From positions 1 through 32,000 of the forward strand of contig JASBSB010000001.1 of assembly GCA_030149205.1 (NCBI GenBank): a stretch of 32,000 nucleotides of DNA, in the 5' to 3' direction. A model generated the notes under the pieces. That model did not search any database and was not told the origin of the DNA. It was given only the letters and a program-made list of their open reading frames with translations. The DNA is from Candidatus Heimdallarchaeota archaeon (GTDB lineage Archaea > Asgardarchaeota > Heimdallarchaeia > Heimdallarchaeales > Kariarchaeaceae). Positions 8,871 through 18,900 of this stretch are shown here, in pieces (positions within the stretch are counted from its first letter, which is position 1; every line of letters starts with the position of its first letter). The position numbers and the translations under genes are program-made.

Positions 8871-10731
8871 CTTCTTTCACCTCATTATCTGTTTCAACAT
8901 TATAGTTTGCCCAGATGGCATTCCCAAATGACAACCCCATAGCAAAGGTGAATGAGATTGTTTCATTGGATGGATAATCTGTGTTTTCAAGGAAATATTT
9001 ACTGGCAAGTGTTTCTAAGCTGCTCACCTCAAACTTATTTGCATTGTATTCAATGAGCTTATTAATAGCCTCGGGGAACAACCTTTCAACAACACGTGGA
9101 GAAAACCTCAAACCCTGCAATTTTTCATAAAATGGTGTTGATTTTAGTCTCTTGTATTGTTGATTTGCAATCTGTTTTGTCAATATTCCTAGTATGAACA
9201 CCCCTTTTTTGTAGGGATGGTCAAAATATTCATTTTCGTTAAATATTTCGAGACTCTTTCTTGCAAGTTTAGAACTTGAGAGTCCGAAATTTGTTAATTC
9301 TTTTTCTATGTCCATTTTTTGTATCTCTCCTTTTTGTATACAACCAATTTCTTTGTAAAATTCAAGCACCATGTAAACTGTCAGTGTCATATAAAGGAAA
9401 TTATCGTTTAGGTCCCCTCTGTTAACAAATAAGTGTCTGATCATTCTGTTTCCTTGGTTGATAATTTTTGTTTGCTGCAAAGAGTCACCCCTAAAGCTAG
9501 CAGCTACTAGTTCAATGAATTCCTTTTTGAAAATATCACTATTTCCACCTTCTCCTACAGGAGACTTAGGGAAAAGCTGTCTGAGGTTATAGTAAGAAAA
9601 TCTGAGAGATGATTCCTTTGTCAAGGAATCATACCAGCCTGTATTAAATGCTCGGTTTTCCACTATTTTTTTGGCTTTGAACAGCTCAGCTATCCTAGAT
9701 GGAAGTACATTGTTGACTAAAGATAATATCTCAAATTGAGAGTTATTCAACTGATAGAAGAGGAAAGTTAATGTTAAAACATTGTTTTCACCCAGCTCCT
9801 CATAGACTTCATCCTCATTCCCGAATAGCTCATCTCTTATTGTCACCTGATTCTTATCTGTTTCAGCAGTTCTCTCAGGATCAAGATGTGCCTCCTTTAA
9901 TCTTTCAATAAGTGATTCTAAATCTTCACTATAGAACGCTTTGGGGAATAGCAGATAAAATACACCATGAAGGTTAAAGCTAAGATTCTTTTTTATGAAT
10001 CGCATTCCCTCTTCAACAAGAAGTTCGCATTCATCACAAACGGGAAAAATTTTCCAAGCTTCACTTTTATCGAACCCTGGGGAAAATGTGGTCTTATCAT
10101 GCGTGTAGAATGTTTCTGGGCTTGCAAAACCATTTACAGTCTTTTCTTCTCCACAATAATAACAGGTGGATGTACCTCTACTTACAGTATCATATTTTTC
10201 AGAAAAACTAGCTGTTGCAGATGACATGAGATTAGATTGGATATATTGAGAAAAGTTTTGATCCAACCCTTTATCGATAAATCTAACAGTTACCAGGTAA
10301 GTATTTTGATTGTCAGTTCTTTCTTTGATATCTTCGATTAATTTTTGCAGATTTGGATTTGATTCACCTCTACTCACCTTATAAAATTCTGATAGTGTTA
10401 TGAAGATAGGTTGTAATAATGCTGATGAATCTTTTTTTCTTTTATCAAACCAACCAATGATTTTTCTTGTAAGTGTACTTCCAATTTTGTCTAGGTTTAG
10501 TCTTACTGTAGGCACTCCACCAGGACCACTCGCGGGTGGTTTTTGATATGGAGTAGATTTAAGATGTTTTTGTTCATCATATTCAACCACTTCAATAGAA
10601 TGCTCTATTGAATTATCTTCTTTAATTTCCAACTCAAGGAATAAAACATGTGAAACATTTGGATTTTCATAAATTGAATCCTCTATGTCTATGTCAAGTT
10701 CTTTGGCGATCTCATAAGCCGATTCAAACAT
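8863..10731 (-). CDS. cas8b: Type I-B large subunit Cas8b (TM1802/Csh1-like; likely start MFESAY at 10731)
   Basis: CYYC..CDEC Zn finger, FYTHDKTTF, C-terminal KKGVFILGIL..QY...STPFYEKLQGL and FTFAMG; position between cas6 and cas7. Confidence 0.9.
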   Translation of the reverse strand: MFESAYEIAKELDIDIEDSIYENPNVSHVLFLELEIKEDNSIEHSIEVVEYDEQKHLKSTPYQKPPASGPGGVPTVRLNLDKIGSTLTRKIIGWFDKRKKDSSALLQPIFITLSEFYKVSRGESNPNLQKLIEDIKERTDNQNTYLVTVRFIDKGLDQNFSQYIQSNLMSSATASFSEKYDTVSRGTSTCYYCGEEKTVNGFASPETFYTHDKTTFSPGFDKSEAWKIFPVCDECELLVEEGMRFIKKNLSFNLHGVFYLLFPKAFYSEDLESLIERLKEAHLDPERTAETDKNQVTIRDELFGNEDEVYEELGENNVLTLTFLFYQLNNSQFEILSLVNNVLPSRIAELFKAKKIVENRAFNTGWYDSLTKESSLRFSYYNLRQLFPKSPVGEGGNSDIFKKEFIELVAASFRGDSLQQTKIINQGNRMIRHLFVNRGDLNDNFLYMTLTVYMVLEFYKEIGCIQKGEIQKMDIEKELTNFGLSSSKLARKSLEIFNENEYFDHPYKKGVFILGILTKQIANQQYKRLKSTPFYEKLQGLRFSPRVVERLFPEAINKLIEYNANKFEVSSLETLASKYFLENTDYPSNETISFTFAMGLSFGNAIWANYNVETDNEVKEDE

Positions 10732-11449
10732 GTCTTTGTCTCCTTGAGAGTTTGAATGGTTGGAGAAAACCAAATCCCCATGCTCGCTTTTGTCCAACTC
10801 CGGCTTCTTGAAGCCAAGATTTGAATTTAGATAGATCCTTTCGCTGGTTTAGAAATAGTTTATTCCAGGTGGATCCAATAAATAGGAACCCCTCCCCCTC
10901 CCGCCTGATATTAACAGGAACCTCGTTCCTTATCTCAAGCTGTGTGAATAAATTTCCATCGAAATTAAAGTCCTCGTTACCAGAAAATGTTCTGTATCTT
11001 TGAATAGCTCTCCTTTTGATCTCATCATTAAATGATTGTAAAGTCATGGAGTTCCTTTTGAAAGAGTGATATCTGTTTTGGTTGGCGTCCTCAACAAGAA
11101 CCACAGGACTTCCAGTTTTTAGGTAATTCAACTGAGGAAGCTTTGATTTTGTTATCTCCGTAATTTTGCATCCATAAAACTCTGTTTCAATATTTTCTGT
11201 GTGATATCTATAAAAGCTCTCAATCAGATTGTCATAAGGACTTGAGACGTAAAATGTGAAGGTTTTGTTAAACCGGTCTAGATTAAACCAATCTGAAAAG
11301 ACAAAACTTTTGGAATTCGTAGAATCATGCAATTCAGAATAAGAAGTGTCTTGTAAAGCTTTGTACAAAAATCCTTGAATTGCATGCTTATTTGGTCTCA
11401 CCCTTCCTTTTTGATGAGTTAATGACTCAAATTTATACTGAATTCTCAT
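10724..11449 (-). CDS. cas6: Cas6 endoribonuclease (likely start MRIQYKF at 11449)
   Basis: HAIQGFLY, LHD..KSFVFS, TGSPVV and C-terminal G-rich loop GVGQKRAWGFG. Confidence 0.94.
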   Translation of the reverse strand: MRIQYKFESLTHQKGRVRPNKHAIQGFLYKALQDTSYSELHDSTNSKSFVFSDWFNLDRFNKTFTFYVSSPYDNLIESFYRYHTENIETEFYGCKITEITKSKLPQLNYLKTGSPVVLVEDANQNRYHSFKRNSMTLQSFNDEIKRRAIQRYRTFSGNEDFNFDGNLFTQLEIRNEVPVNIRREGEGFLFIGSTWNKLFLNQRKDLSKFKSWLQEAGVGQKRAWGFGFLQPFKLSRRQRHV

Positions 11450-11471
11450 AGTTATCAATATAAGAATCTTC

Positions 11472-11480
11472 TATAAATAT
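11472..11480 (-). promoter_or_regulatory. Putative TATA box of the cas operon (likely leaderless cas6 mRNA)
   Basis: ATATTTATA on minus, ending 23 nt upstream of the ATG at 11449. Confidence 0.55.
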
Positions 11481-11681
11481 GTAACGTGAAATCAGTCATT
11501 ACCATAAAATAAAAGATAATGTCTTTTAACGACGATCTAATTCAAATCTCTCAAAATTAATATTAGTCAAACTGTAATTCTTTCCCATTTTTCATAGAAT
11601 TTTTGATACAAAAAAGATAAATTTAGTTTTTCTGATGCATAGCAATGTAGTAAATGCTTATAAAAGTCATAAAATTTGTAA

Positions 11682-13334
11682 TTGTTGAATTTTCTAGAGA
11701 TAAATTCTAAGTTTAAGGAGTTTATTGTAAACCATATTTCAACCGGTGCGAAGTTAACCAGAAACAAATTTACTCTTGCTGTTTATAACCTTTACAATGA
11801 ATTTGAAGAGCTGGGATTTTCCATGACAGATAAGATTCAAGATGTTCTACCTACGAACCGAGAATATAGAGGGAGATTGAAAACACCCTTCTCTCTTAAA
11901 ATCACGAGAAAACAAAAATTATTAGTGATCAGAGAAGATTACTATTCACTAAATCCACATAGGGAGATACTCTCGTTGGTAGCATTATTTTCTCAACTTG
12001 CATCAACATCTATCAAGGATTTTCAATTCAGTACAAATGTAGCCTTCACCATTGTTTGGGTAAATTTGGAAGAAAAATTTCGAGATAATGTTGTTTCATT
12101 ATGGAGTGAGCAAGTCGATGAAAAATTGCAATTAAGTTCCTCATTTAAAATTGACGTTTCAAAGGCAATTTCGAGTTTTCCCATAAATAATGAATTCATC
12201 AAAGTGGCTATAGAACCACTAACGGCTGAGGTCATTTATGAATATTCACAACAGAAATGGATAGAGAGGCTATTTAACACCATTCCAATACCTTTCTCGA
12301 AATTGACTCTAAAGAGGTTAAAGTTTTTTCAACATGTTATTAATTCTAGAGAATCGAAAGTTTCAAAAATTTGGAAGGAAACGAATTTTTCCAAGAATTT
12401 CTCCTATGAATGTTTTAATTTCTTAATTCTCAACAAATTCATAAGAAATCGAATTTTTATTGACCTGGAAGCAATTGGATTGGAAAAATATTTTCTGCTA
12501 TTTCATCCAATTGACAAATTTTATGGCTCAAACGTTTTTAATTTTAATTTTCTTAATGGGATTCAGTACTATTCTGATGTTGTAAAAACAGAGCTAGTAA
12601 ATTTTAATTATAAAATTGGGAGTGAAAACAAATTAAAAAAATGGCTCTCTAATCAGAACCAGACCTCATCCAATATAAGCGTCATTTACCCTCCTGAATT
12701 GTATAAGGTAACTGAATCTTATCTTATTCAAAATCCATTGGCTTACAATCTTGAGAACAATAGGTGGGAAAGTTATACTGAAATAAATAATAGCTTAATA
12801 AACAAATTTAAGAAATCAAGCTCAGCAACATTACCTCAGAAAAAATCATATTTTGAAACTGTTTTAAAAGTATTAAATTACAACACTCTGAATTTCCAAG
12901 ATTCAACAATATTTAATCCAAGTGAAAAAAGGATCGGTCAAAAATTAGTTAGGGAGCACATCATTTATGAGGGGTTTATTATGCCATTTTTCTTAAATTT
13001 AACCACAATATTTTGTATTATTCAGAATGAGACTTTTTCAAATTTTTTTGATCAATTCAAGACGGTTCTTCCCATAATTCAAGGATTTGAACTTAGAATA
13101 GTTCAAAAAGAAAAATCTGGTGTCGATGAAAATGCCTTGCTGCTGTACTTAGCAGTCCCACACCATTTATTGTCACCTTTGTTACATAACCTTTCAACCA
13201 AATACAAATCTAATATTAAGAAAACTGTGTATATTGGTAATAGAGAACTTACACCATCCTTTTTAACAAAAATTAATAACAGAGGGTGGGTCTTTAATAA
13301 TTTACCTAATGTTAATTTTAATGTATTGGGTTAA
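11682..13334 (+). CDS. Putative transcription regulator, tandem Lrp/AsnC-like wHTH-RAM protein with an extra N-terminal domain
   Basis: HTH-like KVSKIWKETNFSKNFSYECFNFL followed by IFIDLEAIGLEKY (Lrp-like linker). A second degenerate half; both halves end in a similar Trp motif (YNLENNRW / INNRGW). Start uncertain (TTG). Confidence 0.5.
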   Translation: MLNFLEINSKFKEFIVNHISTGAKLTRNKFTLAVYNLYNEFEELGFSMTDKIQDVLPTNREYRGRLKTPFSLKITRKQKLLVIREDYYSLNPHREILSLVALFSQLASTSIKDFQFSTNVAFTIVWVNLEEKFRDNVVSLWSEQVDEKLQLSSSFKIDVSKAISSFPINNEFIKVAIEPLTAEVIYEYSQQKWIERLFNTIPIPFSKLTLKRLKFFQHVINSRESKVSKIWKETNFSKNFSYECFNFLILNKFIRNRIFIDLEAIGLEKYFLLFHPIDKFYGSNVFNFNFLNGIQYYSDVVKTELVNFNYKIGSENKLKKWLSNQNQTSSNISVIYPPELYKVTESYLIQNPLAYNLENNRWESYTEINNSLINKFKKSSSATLPQKKSYFETVLKVLNYNTLNFQDSTIFNPSEKRIGQKLVREHIIYEGFIMPFFLNLTTIFCIIQNETFSNFFDQFKTVLPIIQGFELRIVQKEKSGVDENALLLYLAVPHHLLSPLLHNLSTKYKSNIKKTVYIGNRELTPSFLTKINNRGWVFNNLPNVNFNVLG

Positions 13335-13398
13335 TTGTTAATATTATAATATAATTGAATTATTCATTTAAACAACATAATATATCGAATACCAAACT

Positions 13399-13536
13399 CT
13401 ATGCGGGCAAAGGATCTGTACCAGGTGGGACACTTGGTGGATCCGTTGGGTCGCCCATCAGATAGTAGGTAGTCACAATAGCAGCGAGCTTCAGAAGAAG
13501 CACGGAAATGATTGAAGTTGTGGTAACTGTAATCAT
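13399..13536 (-). CDS. Candidate 45-aa single-pass peptide MITVTTTSIISVLLLKLAAIVTTYYLMGDPTDPPSVPPGTDPLPA
   Basis: ATG-to-TAG frame read manually; hydrophobic N-terminal half, Pro/Asp-rich tail; sits in a locally GC-richer island inside an AT-rich gap. Confidence 0.4.
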   Translation of the reverse strand: MITVTTTSIISVLLLKLAAIVTTYYLMGDPTDPPSVPPGTDPLPA

Positions 13537-13780
13537 AGTAAATTAAGCTATTTGAGTAAAATACTATGGCAATTTGGTCATAACAGGAAAATATTTCCAA
13601 TAGGATGTTGAGAGTTCTGTACTTAGTTTTTCATGACTATGCTGTAATTTGTAAGAGAAAATTGTTAGGGATTGTTTTTCTTACACTCCTCAATTGTACT
13701 AGTCTTGTACTTATATCTAAATTCTTATTATTAAAATTCAGATACTGTTACATAAATTTTGACAAATTCGTCAGATAATA

Positions 13781-13788
13781 TTTATAAA
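13781..13788 (+). promoter_or_regulatory. TATA box TTTATAAA with an upstream near-palindrome TGACAAATTCGTCA (13760-13773)
   Basis: Consensus archaeal TATA, about 22 nt upstream of a GC-rich structured element. Confidence 0.5.
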
Positions 13789-13808
13789 AACATATTCAAT
13801 CTAAAAAT

Positions 13809-13878
13809 AGGGAGTGGGAACCGTTATCCGATAGGGTTCCTTGTGGATGGCCACTTAAGCTCCCTCATCTTCATTCCC
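13809..13878 (+). ncRNA. Candidate structured RNA or 5' leader (three-way junction)
   Basis: AGGGAG(13809-14)/CTCCCT(13860-65) encloses GGAACC(13817-22)/GGTTCC(13835-40) and GTGG(13843-46)/CCAC(13851-54). No known family recognised. Confidence 0.4.
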
Positions 13879-13934
13879 AACCTTAATCATTCAAATTTAA
13901 GCAAACCCGAGTGATTTAAATAAATCAATACAGT

Positions 13935-15308
13935 ATGAAGTTTGTGAAGCGACTCTATGTTATCTTTCCATTTATTGTCTCTGTACAATTTTTGGAAGAC
14001 TGGAGTAGAAAACTCAAAAACAAAATGCTAAAAATTAACTCCTTAGGTTACAAACCACAAATTCTTAAAAAATTTGAGAAAAATTACAGCTCTACTGAAT
14101 TTCACATCTACAAGAAACACTTTGATAGATTAAATGTATACACTAATGACAGTTCTAGGAGTTTGGACCTTCCTCTGTTAAGTCATAGCCCGATCTATTG
14201 GAAGAAAAGAATACATAAAAATCAAAATTTGGTACTTTGTCTTCGACAAAGTGGAATTAATCATCTAGTAACTTTTGTATTAATCGAAGACAACACTGAT
14301 GTTGATCAAATTAACAAACTTAGGCGTAGCTTAAGACAAGAGATCCGTGATTATTTTAGGGAATTTAAGGATGCGAACCGAATATTTTCTTTCATAAATT
14401 TTGACCCAGTGTTTCTGGTTTATGGTTCGTATCATAATGGAGATATCGCAGATGATTCACGCTATGTAAAGAGATTGTTCTCTGAATTTCAGATAAATTC
14501 AGGGATCGAAGAACTGAATGATGAAAAACATGACTTACAATACTTTAGCAAAAAGATTTATTATTTTGCAACCGAGAAATTACCTAACGATAAGAATTAT
14601 TTGGCAGAACTATTAATCAACCCCTTGGTTCTAGCGTATGGAACAAATATTCTTGTTAAGGATCTTCCTCTTGGATTTAATAATGATTCTGTGTATCCCA
14701 AAAAGATCTGGATGACATTGTTATATCAGTATAATCCACTCATCTTAGGAGCAAAGGCAAGGATAGATTCTTTATTAGTCAGTATAAGTCGCCATTTTTT
14801 TCTTGAAGTGTCTAGAGTTATTAAGTTACGACAAAAGTATCGTGAGTTTTTGCTAAACCTCCTCGAGCCTAGCCAATCCTCTATTTTTTCATGTCTTCAA
14901 TTGTATTCAATAATTAGACAACTTCCTATGTACAATGTAAATCCGCTTCCCATCATTGACAATAATAAAATAACAAATTTGAGTATTGAGGAGGAACAGC
15001 TTGATACCTATAACAAGGTAATAGATGCGATGCGGAAATGGACTGATCCTACTATTCCAAATGGTGCATTACTATCCGATATCAATAAAAAATTTGGCAA
15101 TAGATATCGTAGGACAATAGATCTTACTGAAAAGTTACAGCCTCTTGTTAACAAGGGATTAATTACATTTGAAAAGATTAAGGGGCTTCGAGGGAGGGGT
15201 AAATTCAAAAGAGTGTATAGGTTAAGCTTCGAAGAATCAAATTTGAGGAATATTCTTAAGGATCAAATTTTAAGTCTACAAGACCCTGACCTTGATTTTA
15301 AGGGGTAA
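13935..15308 (+). CDS. Hypothetical protein with C-terminal winged helix-turn-helix
   Basis: C-terminal LLSDINKKFG..TEKLQPLVNKGLITFEK..GRGKFKRVYRL fits a wHTH with wing; N-terminal part unassigned. Confidence 0.6.
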   Translation: MKFVKRLYVIFPFIVSVQFLEDWSRKLKNKMLKINSLGYKPQILKKFEKNYSSTEFHIYKKHFDRLNVYTNDSSRSLDLPLLSHSPIYWKKRIHKNQNLVLCLRQSGINHLVTFVLIEDNTDVDQINKLRRSLRQEIRDYFREFKDANRIFSFINFDPVFLVYGSYHNGDIADDSRYVKRLFSEFQINSGIEELNDEKHDLQYFSKKIYYFATEKLPNDKNYLAELLINPLVLAYGTNILVKDLPLGFNNDSVYPKKIWMTLLYQYNPLILGAKARIDSLLVSISRHFFLEVSRVIKLRQKYREFLLNLLEPSQSSIFSCLQLYSIIRQLPMYNVNPLPIIDNNKITNLSIEEEQLDTYNKVIDAMRKWTDPTIPNGALLSDINKKFGNRYRRTIDLTEKLQPLVNKGLITFEKIKGLRGRGKFKRVYRLSFEESNLRNILKDQILSLQDPDLDFKG

Positions 15309-15396
15309 AATTAAATTTTGAATTTATTTATAATTTTTTTAAAAATTTATCAATTAAATTTGAATGTATTTATTTTAGCATTATCCTAACTAGGCA

Positions 15397-15969
15397 CTAC
15401 TTCTTTTTTCGAGTTAACCCAAATAGTATACCCATAGCTATAGCAGTATTAATACCAAATCCAATGATTGCTGCCTTGAAAGGAACCAAATAAGATAGTC
15501 TTACAAGTGCATAGGACACATTTCTGGCTTTTTGCTGGTCAGCTGGGGAAAGTGGACCAAGATAAAGACTTTGACCTACGAACAATGCGATGAGCATTGA
15601 AACAATTAAACTAAGGAATACAAATACAACAAATGAGAATAATGCATGCTTAAAGTTCTTAGATAGAAATCCTAAGACTACGATGCTAATTAGGAAAACT
15701 GCAAAATAGAGGACATAGGAAATGTTGAAATTCAGCGAAACAAAACCCTCAGTTCCAACCAAGGTAAATACTAGCATTGACCATACATCAAAGAGCATTC
15801 CCAAGTTTGTAAGATCCGAGCTACCAGAGATTTGAAATTTAGTCAACAGGTCAGTCATAGGTATACTTGGCTTTAACAATCCAACCAGGGTCAGAGCATA
15901 GAGCAATGCAAAATTTATCACCAGACCAACCACACCTGGAATCAGTAAAAGAAGACTCTTGAGATTCAT
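15397..15969 (-). CDS. Hypothetical polytopic membrane protein (about 4-5 TM)
   Basis: Several hydrophobic segments, basic C-terminus RKKK; 4-nt ATGA overlap with the upstream 1063-aa gene. Confidence 0.85.
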   Translation of the reverse strand: MNLKSLLLLIPGVVGLVINFALLYALTLVGLLKPSIPMTDLLTKFQISGSSDLTNLGMLFDVWSMLVFTLVGTEGFVSLNFNISYVLYFAVFLISIVVLGFLSKNFKHALFSFVVFVFLSLIVSMLIALFVGQSLYLGPLSPADQQKARNVSYALVRLSYLVPFKAAIIGFGINTAIAMGILFGLTRKKK

Positions 15970-18900
15970 AATCTGAGCCTCCTCTTACGCTTCATCACAA
16001 CAGGAAGAGCAATTAAAAAGGTAGGAATAACTATCCAATTGAATGGTAATGAGTTGGCAAGACTTTCTACCTGTCCAGCTGCGCTTTGCACTGATTTTGC
16101 CTTGGGAACCAAGTTTGCACCCCAGTTTAATGGAAGGTCTACCCAGTAATTCATAACATAAAAGCTCTGAGTTTTACCTAACTTCTTTAGACTCGTCTGA
16201 TAGACAGCCATTCCGAAAGAGTACTGGAGATCAGTGTACTCCTGAGGATTACTTATACTACCAATATCTCCTCTGAATGCTGTATTTTGTCCAACGGCTG
16301 TTGAGTGAGAACCAGTCTTTGTGATTCCCCAGGTTGCTCCTCCTCCACCTCCTATTCCAAAGAGAGTTGCACCTCCTCCAAGAGAGTAATCTTCAGACAC
16401 GGAGTAAGTGAATCCAGTTGCTTTTTCAGTGCTTAAATCTATCTGAACTCCTTGAGAACCGCCTCCTTGTCCCACAGTTCTTTGAGTTGACAATATTGGG
16501 TTTGAGATAAAGTTTGTGAAGTAAGATTTGTTGTGATAAGAAGGAACATATCCTGGAACATGTTTAAAGAGGTTACTTCCAAGTTCTACATCAGCTGTAT
16601 TTTTGTGAGCGTTATAGTATTGAATTGTCTCTAGCAACAGGCTTGGAGCTCTAGGTACATTCAAAGTGAAATTTGTTCCAATTAGCCTTGGGTCCTGAGA
16701 ATCTAGGATTCTATACACATAGTAATCAATTATAGTGGTTGTATAAACCACGAAGTCGTCCTTATATCCACCCGAGAAATCATCAGTTTTTATGATGGTG
16801 GTCGTCTTTGTGTTAGTTTTCGTAAACTCTTCATTAAAGTTATACTGAAACTCTCCACCAACTTCAAAAACATCAAAGAAGGTTGGTTTGATCTGAGCTT
16901 GTGCATAAGCACCATATGAAGAGGTTACCTCGTTTTCTGCTGTTTTAGAGTTGGTGACTGATTTCCCAAAGGTTGATCCTGTACTCGCAAAATTTTGTGA
17001 GGTTCCTTCCTGACTTGGAGGCGCTGCTGCTACCACCATTATCTCACCACCAGTTTTAAATTGCCCAAATTGGTCTGTGTATTCGAGCGTAAACTTGTCA
17101 CCATTTGAATCTCCAATTGAAATATGGATGACATAGCGAGAATCATGAGTCTGGAAAAATTGATCAAGAAGTTTAAACTGCGTTCCATCCCATTGATACA
17201 CTTTGATACCATATCCACTGTTTCCATAAGAAAATGAAGTGGTCATTTCTGGAATTGTGTCCTGGTTTATGTCACCAAACCCTAATTCACCCCACATTCC
17301 ATAGTTACCGGGTAAATCACCGTTCTTTGAATTTCCTGGGTAATAGTCCACTTTTCCGGTGAAGAGAGATTTGTAGCTTTGAGATTTCCCAGCAAACATA
17401 TGTAAAGTCATATCCGGAAGAAGAACAAATAGTTCTGACTCCTTATTTTGATTTATATCATAGGAATATATCCTAGGAATTGTTCCCTTGAATGTGGGAT
17501 TATCAGCAATCAAAGACTTTTCCAGAACAAAGTTGTTTAGTTTGTTACCATAGATTAAAACTGATCCTAGATTCTTGTCAGATTTTATTACCGCAATCTC
17601 AGAGACAGAATCATTGTTATAATCACCAACTGTGGCTTGGACTCCCATGTTGACCTGATCCCAAGTTAAATCTTTAAGAATTTTAAAATCAGTGGATTTG
17701 TCGTCTAGAACTATCACATGAGGCTTTTTCTGTGCGTCTATGCCAGAAATGACGAGTTCTTGACTTGAATCTGAGTCTAAGTTCCCAGCACTCATGGATT
17801 TTGTACCAAAATATTCAATATCAAAATCACCTGTATTTTGCATTGAATAGGTGATTTGGGGTAGTTGTATTTTCTTAATAAACTTAGGACCATTTCCGAA
17901 ATTATTTGGGAGTGCAGATGAATTTGAAATCTTATAGATTTCAAGAGGGGTTGCTCCTTGAGGAACCTCAGTAGTGATAGTTCCGTAATTTCCTTTAACA
18001 TAGACCCCTGTCTTAGATTTTATTGTCCCAAAAGTGTTAATATAAACCCCTCCTGATAGACTTGAAGAAGTTGTGTCACCTTCAAATGAAAACATTTCAA
18101 GTGAGTTAAGTTTTGTCACATTTTGGAGACTCAATGCACCAGTCTGATTATTTACAGACCAATAATTCCCAGATGTAGATTTTAGTGCAAAAGTCTGACC
18201 ATACCTAATTGTAGAGTTATCATTTTTATTAAATGGGTTTATCAAAGTGAATTTTTGTCCTGCCTCAGCCTTATTCAATCCAGGAAGTTCCGTCGTGGCA
18301 AGAGTATTAGAAGTGCTTCCAGAGATATATCTTGCGCTTCCAGATTTTGTTCTTAGTGATATGTCTTGCCCGTAAGCAATTTGACCTGGAATCACAGAAT
18401 TCATTAGATCGTCAAAGACCCAAATTGTGGTTTTACCATTTTCTACACCCATTACAACGAACTCATTCATTATATCATTATCTAGATTTAGTGTTAGTAT
18501 TTGTGGGATTTGAATATTACTTGAACCAGGGTAATTTTGTGCACCTCCAAAAGGGTTTGCATAGTTGTTAATTAAGAACGATTTATCTTTAGGACCCCAA
18601 GTCTCAATAACCCTTAATTGTATTCCTACATCAGGACAGCCTGTGCATTTATATGTTGTTGTGAATGCCATGATTAAATCTGACCTAAAATTACCGTCTA
18701 CATCACCATTAGCAACATTGGATGGTCTTGCTTCATCTCCATTGGACATAATGTTTGGTCCAACAACGGTTTTTGCAAGCTCTTGTGAATAATTAAAGTT
18801 AGGTTTGTTTCGACTACTAATGATTGAATATCCCAGATCTCCGGGAAAATTCGCATAATCAATCTGTCTCCAAACAGAAGCCATTAGCTCATTGCTGCCA

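Noticed and set aside
10724-10797. Search for a CreTA-like mini-array between cas6 and cas8b or in nearby gaps
   Set aside because: cas6 and cas8b overlap, leaving no space. No convincing degenerate repeat pair was seen in 11450-11681 or 13335-13934 (by eye only).
13364-13600. 78-aa Cys/Tyr-rich minus-strand ORF
   Set aside because: TTG start with no recognisable motif; the overlapping 45-aa frame looks more protein-like. Not fully excluded.
15309-15372. Imperfect 21-22 nt direct repeat AATTAAATTT(T)GAAT(T/G)TATTTA between convergent genes
   Set aside because: Extremely AT-rich terminator-like region; does not flank any element.
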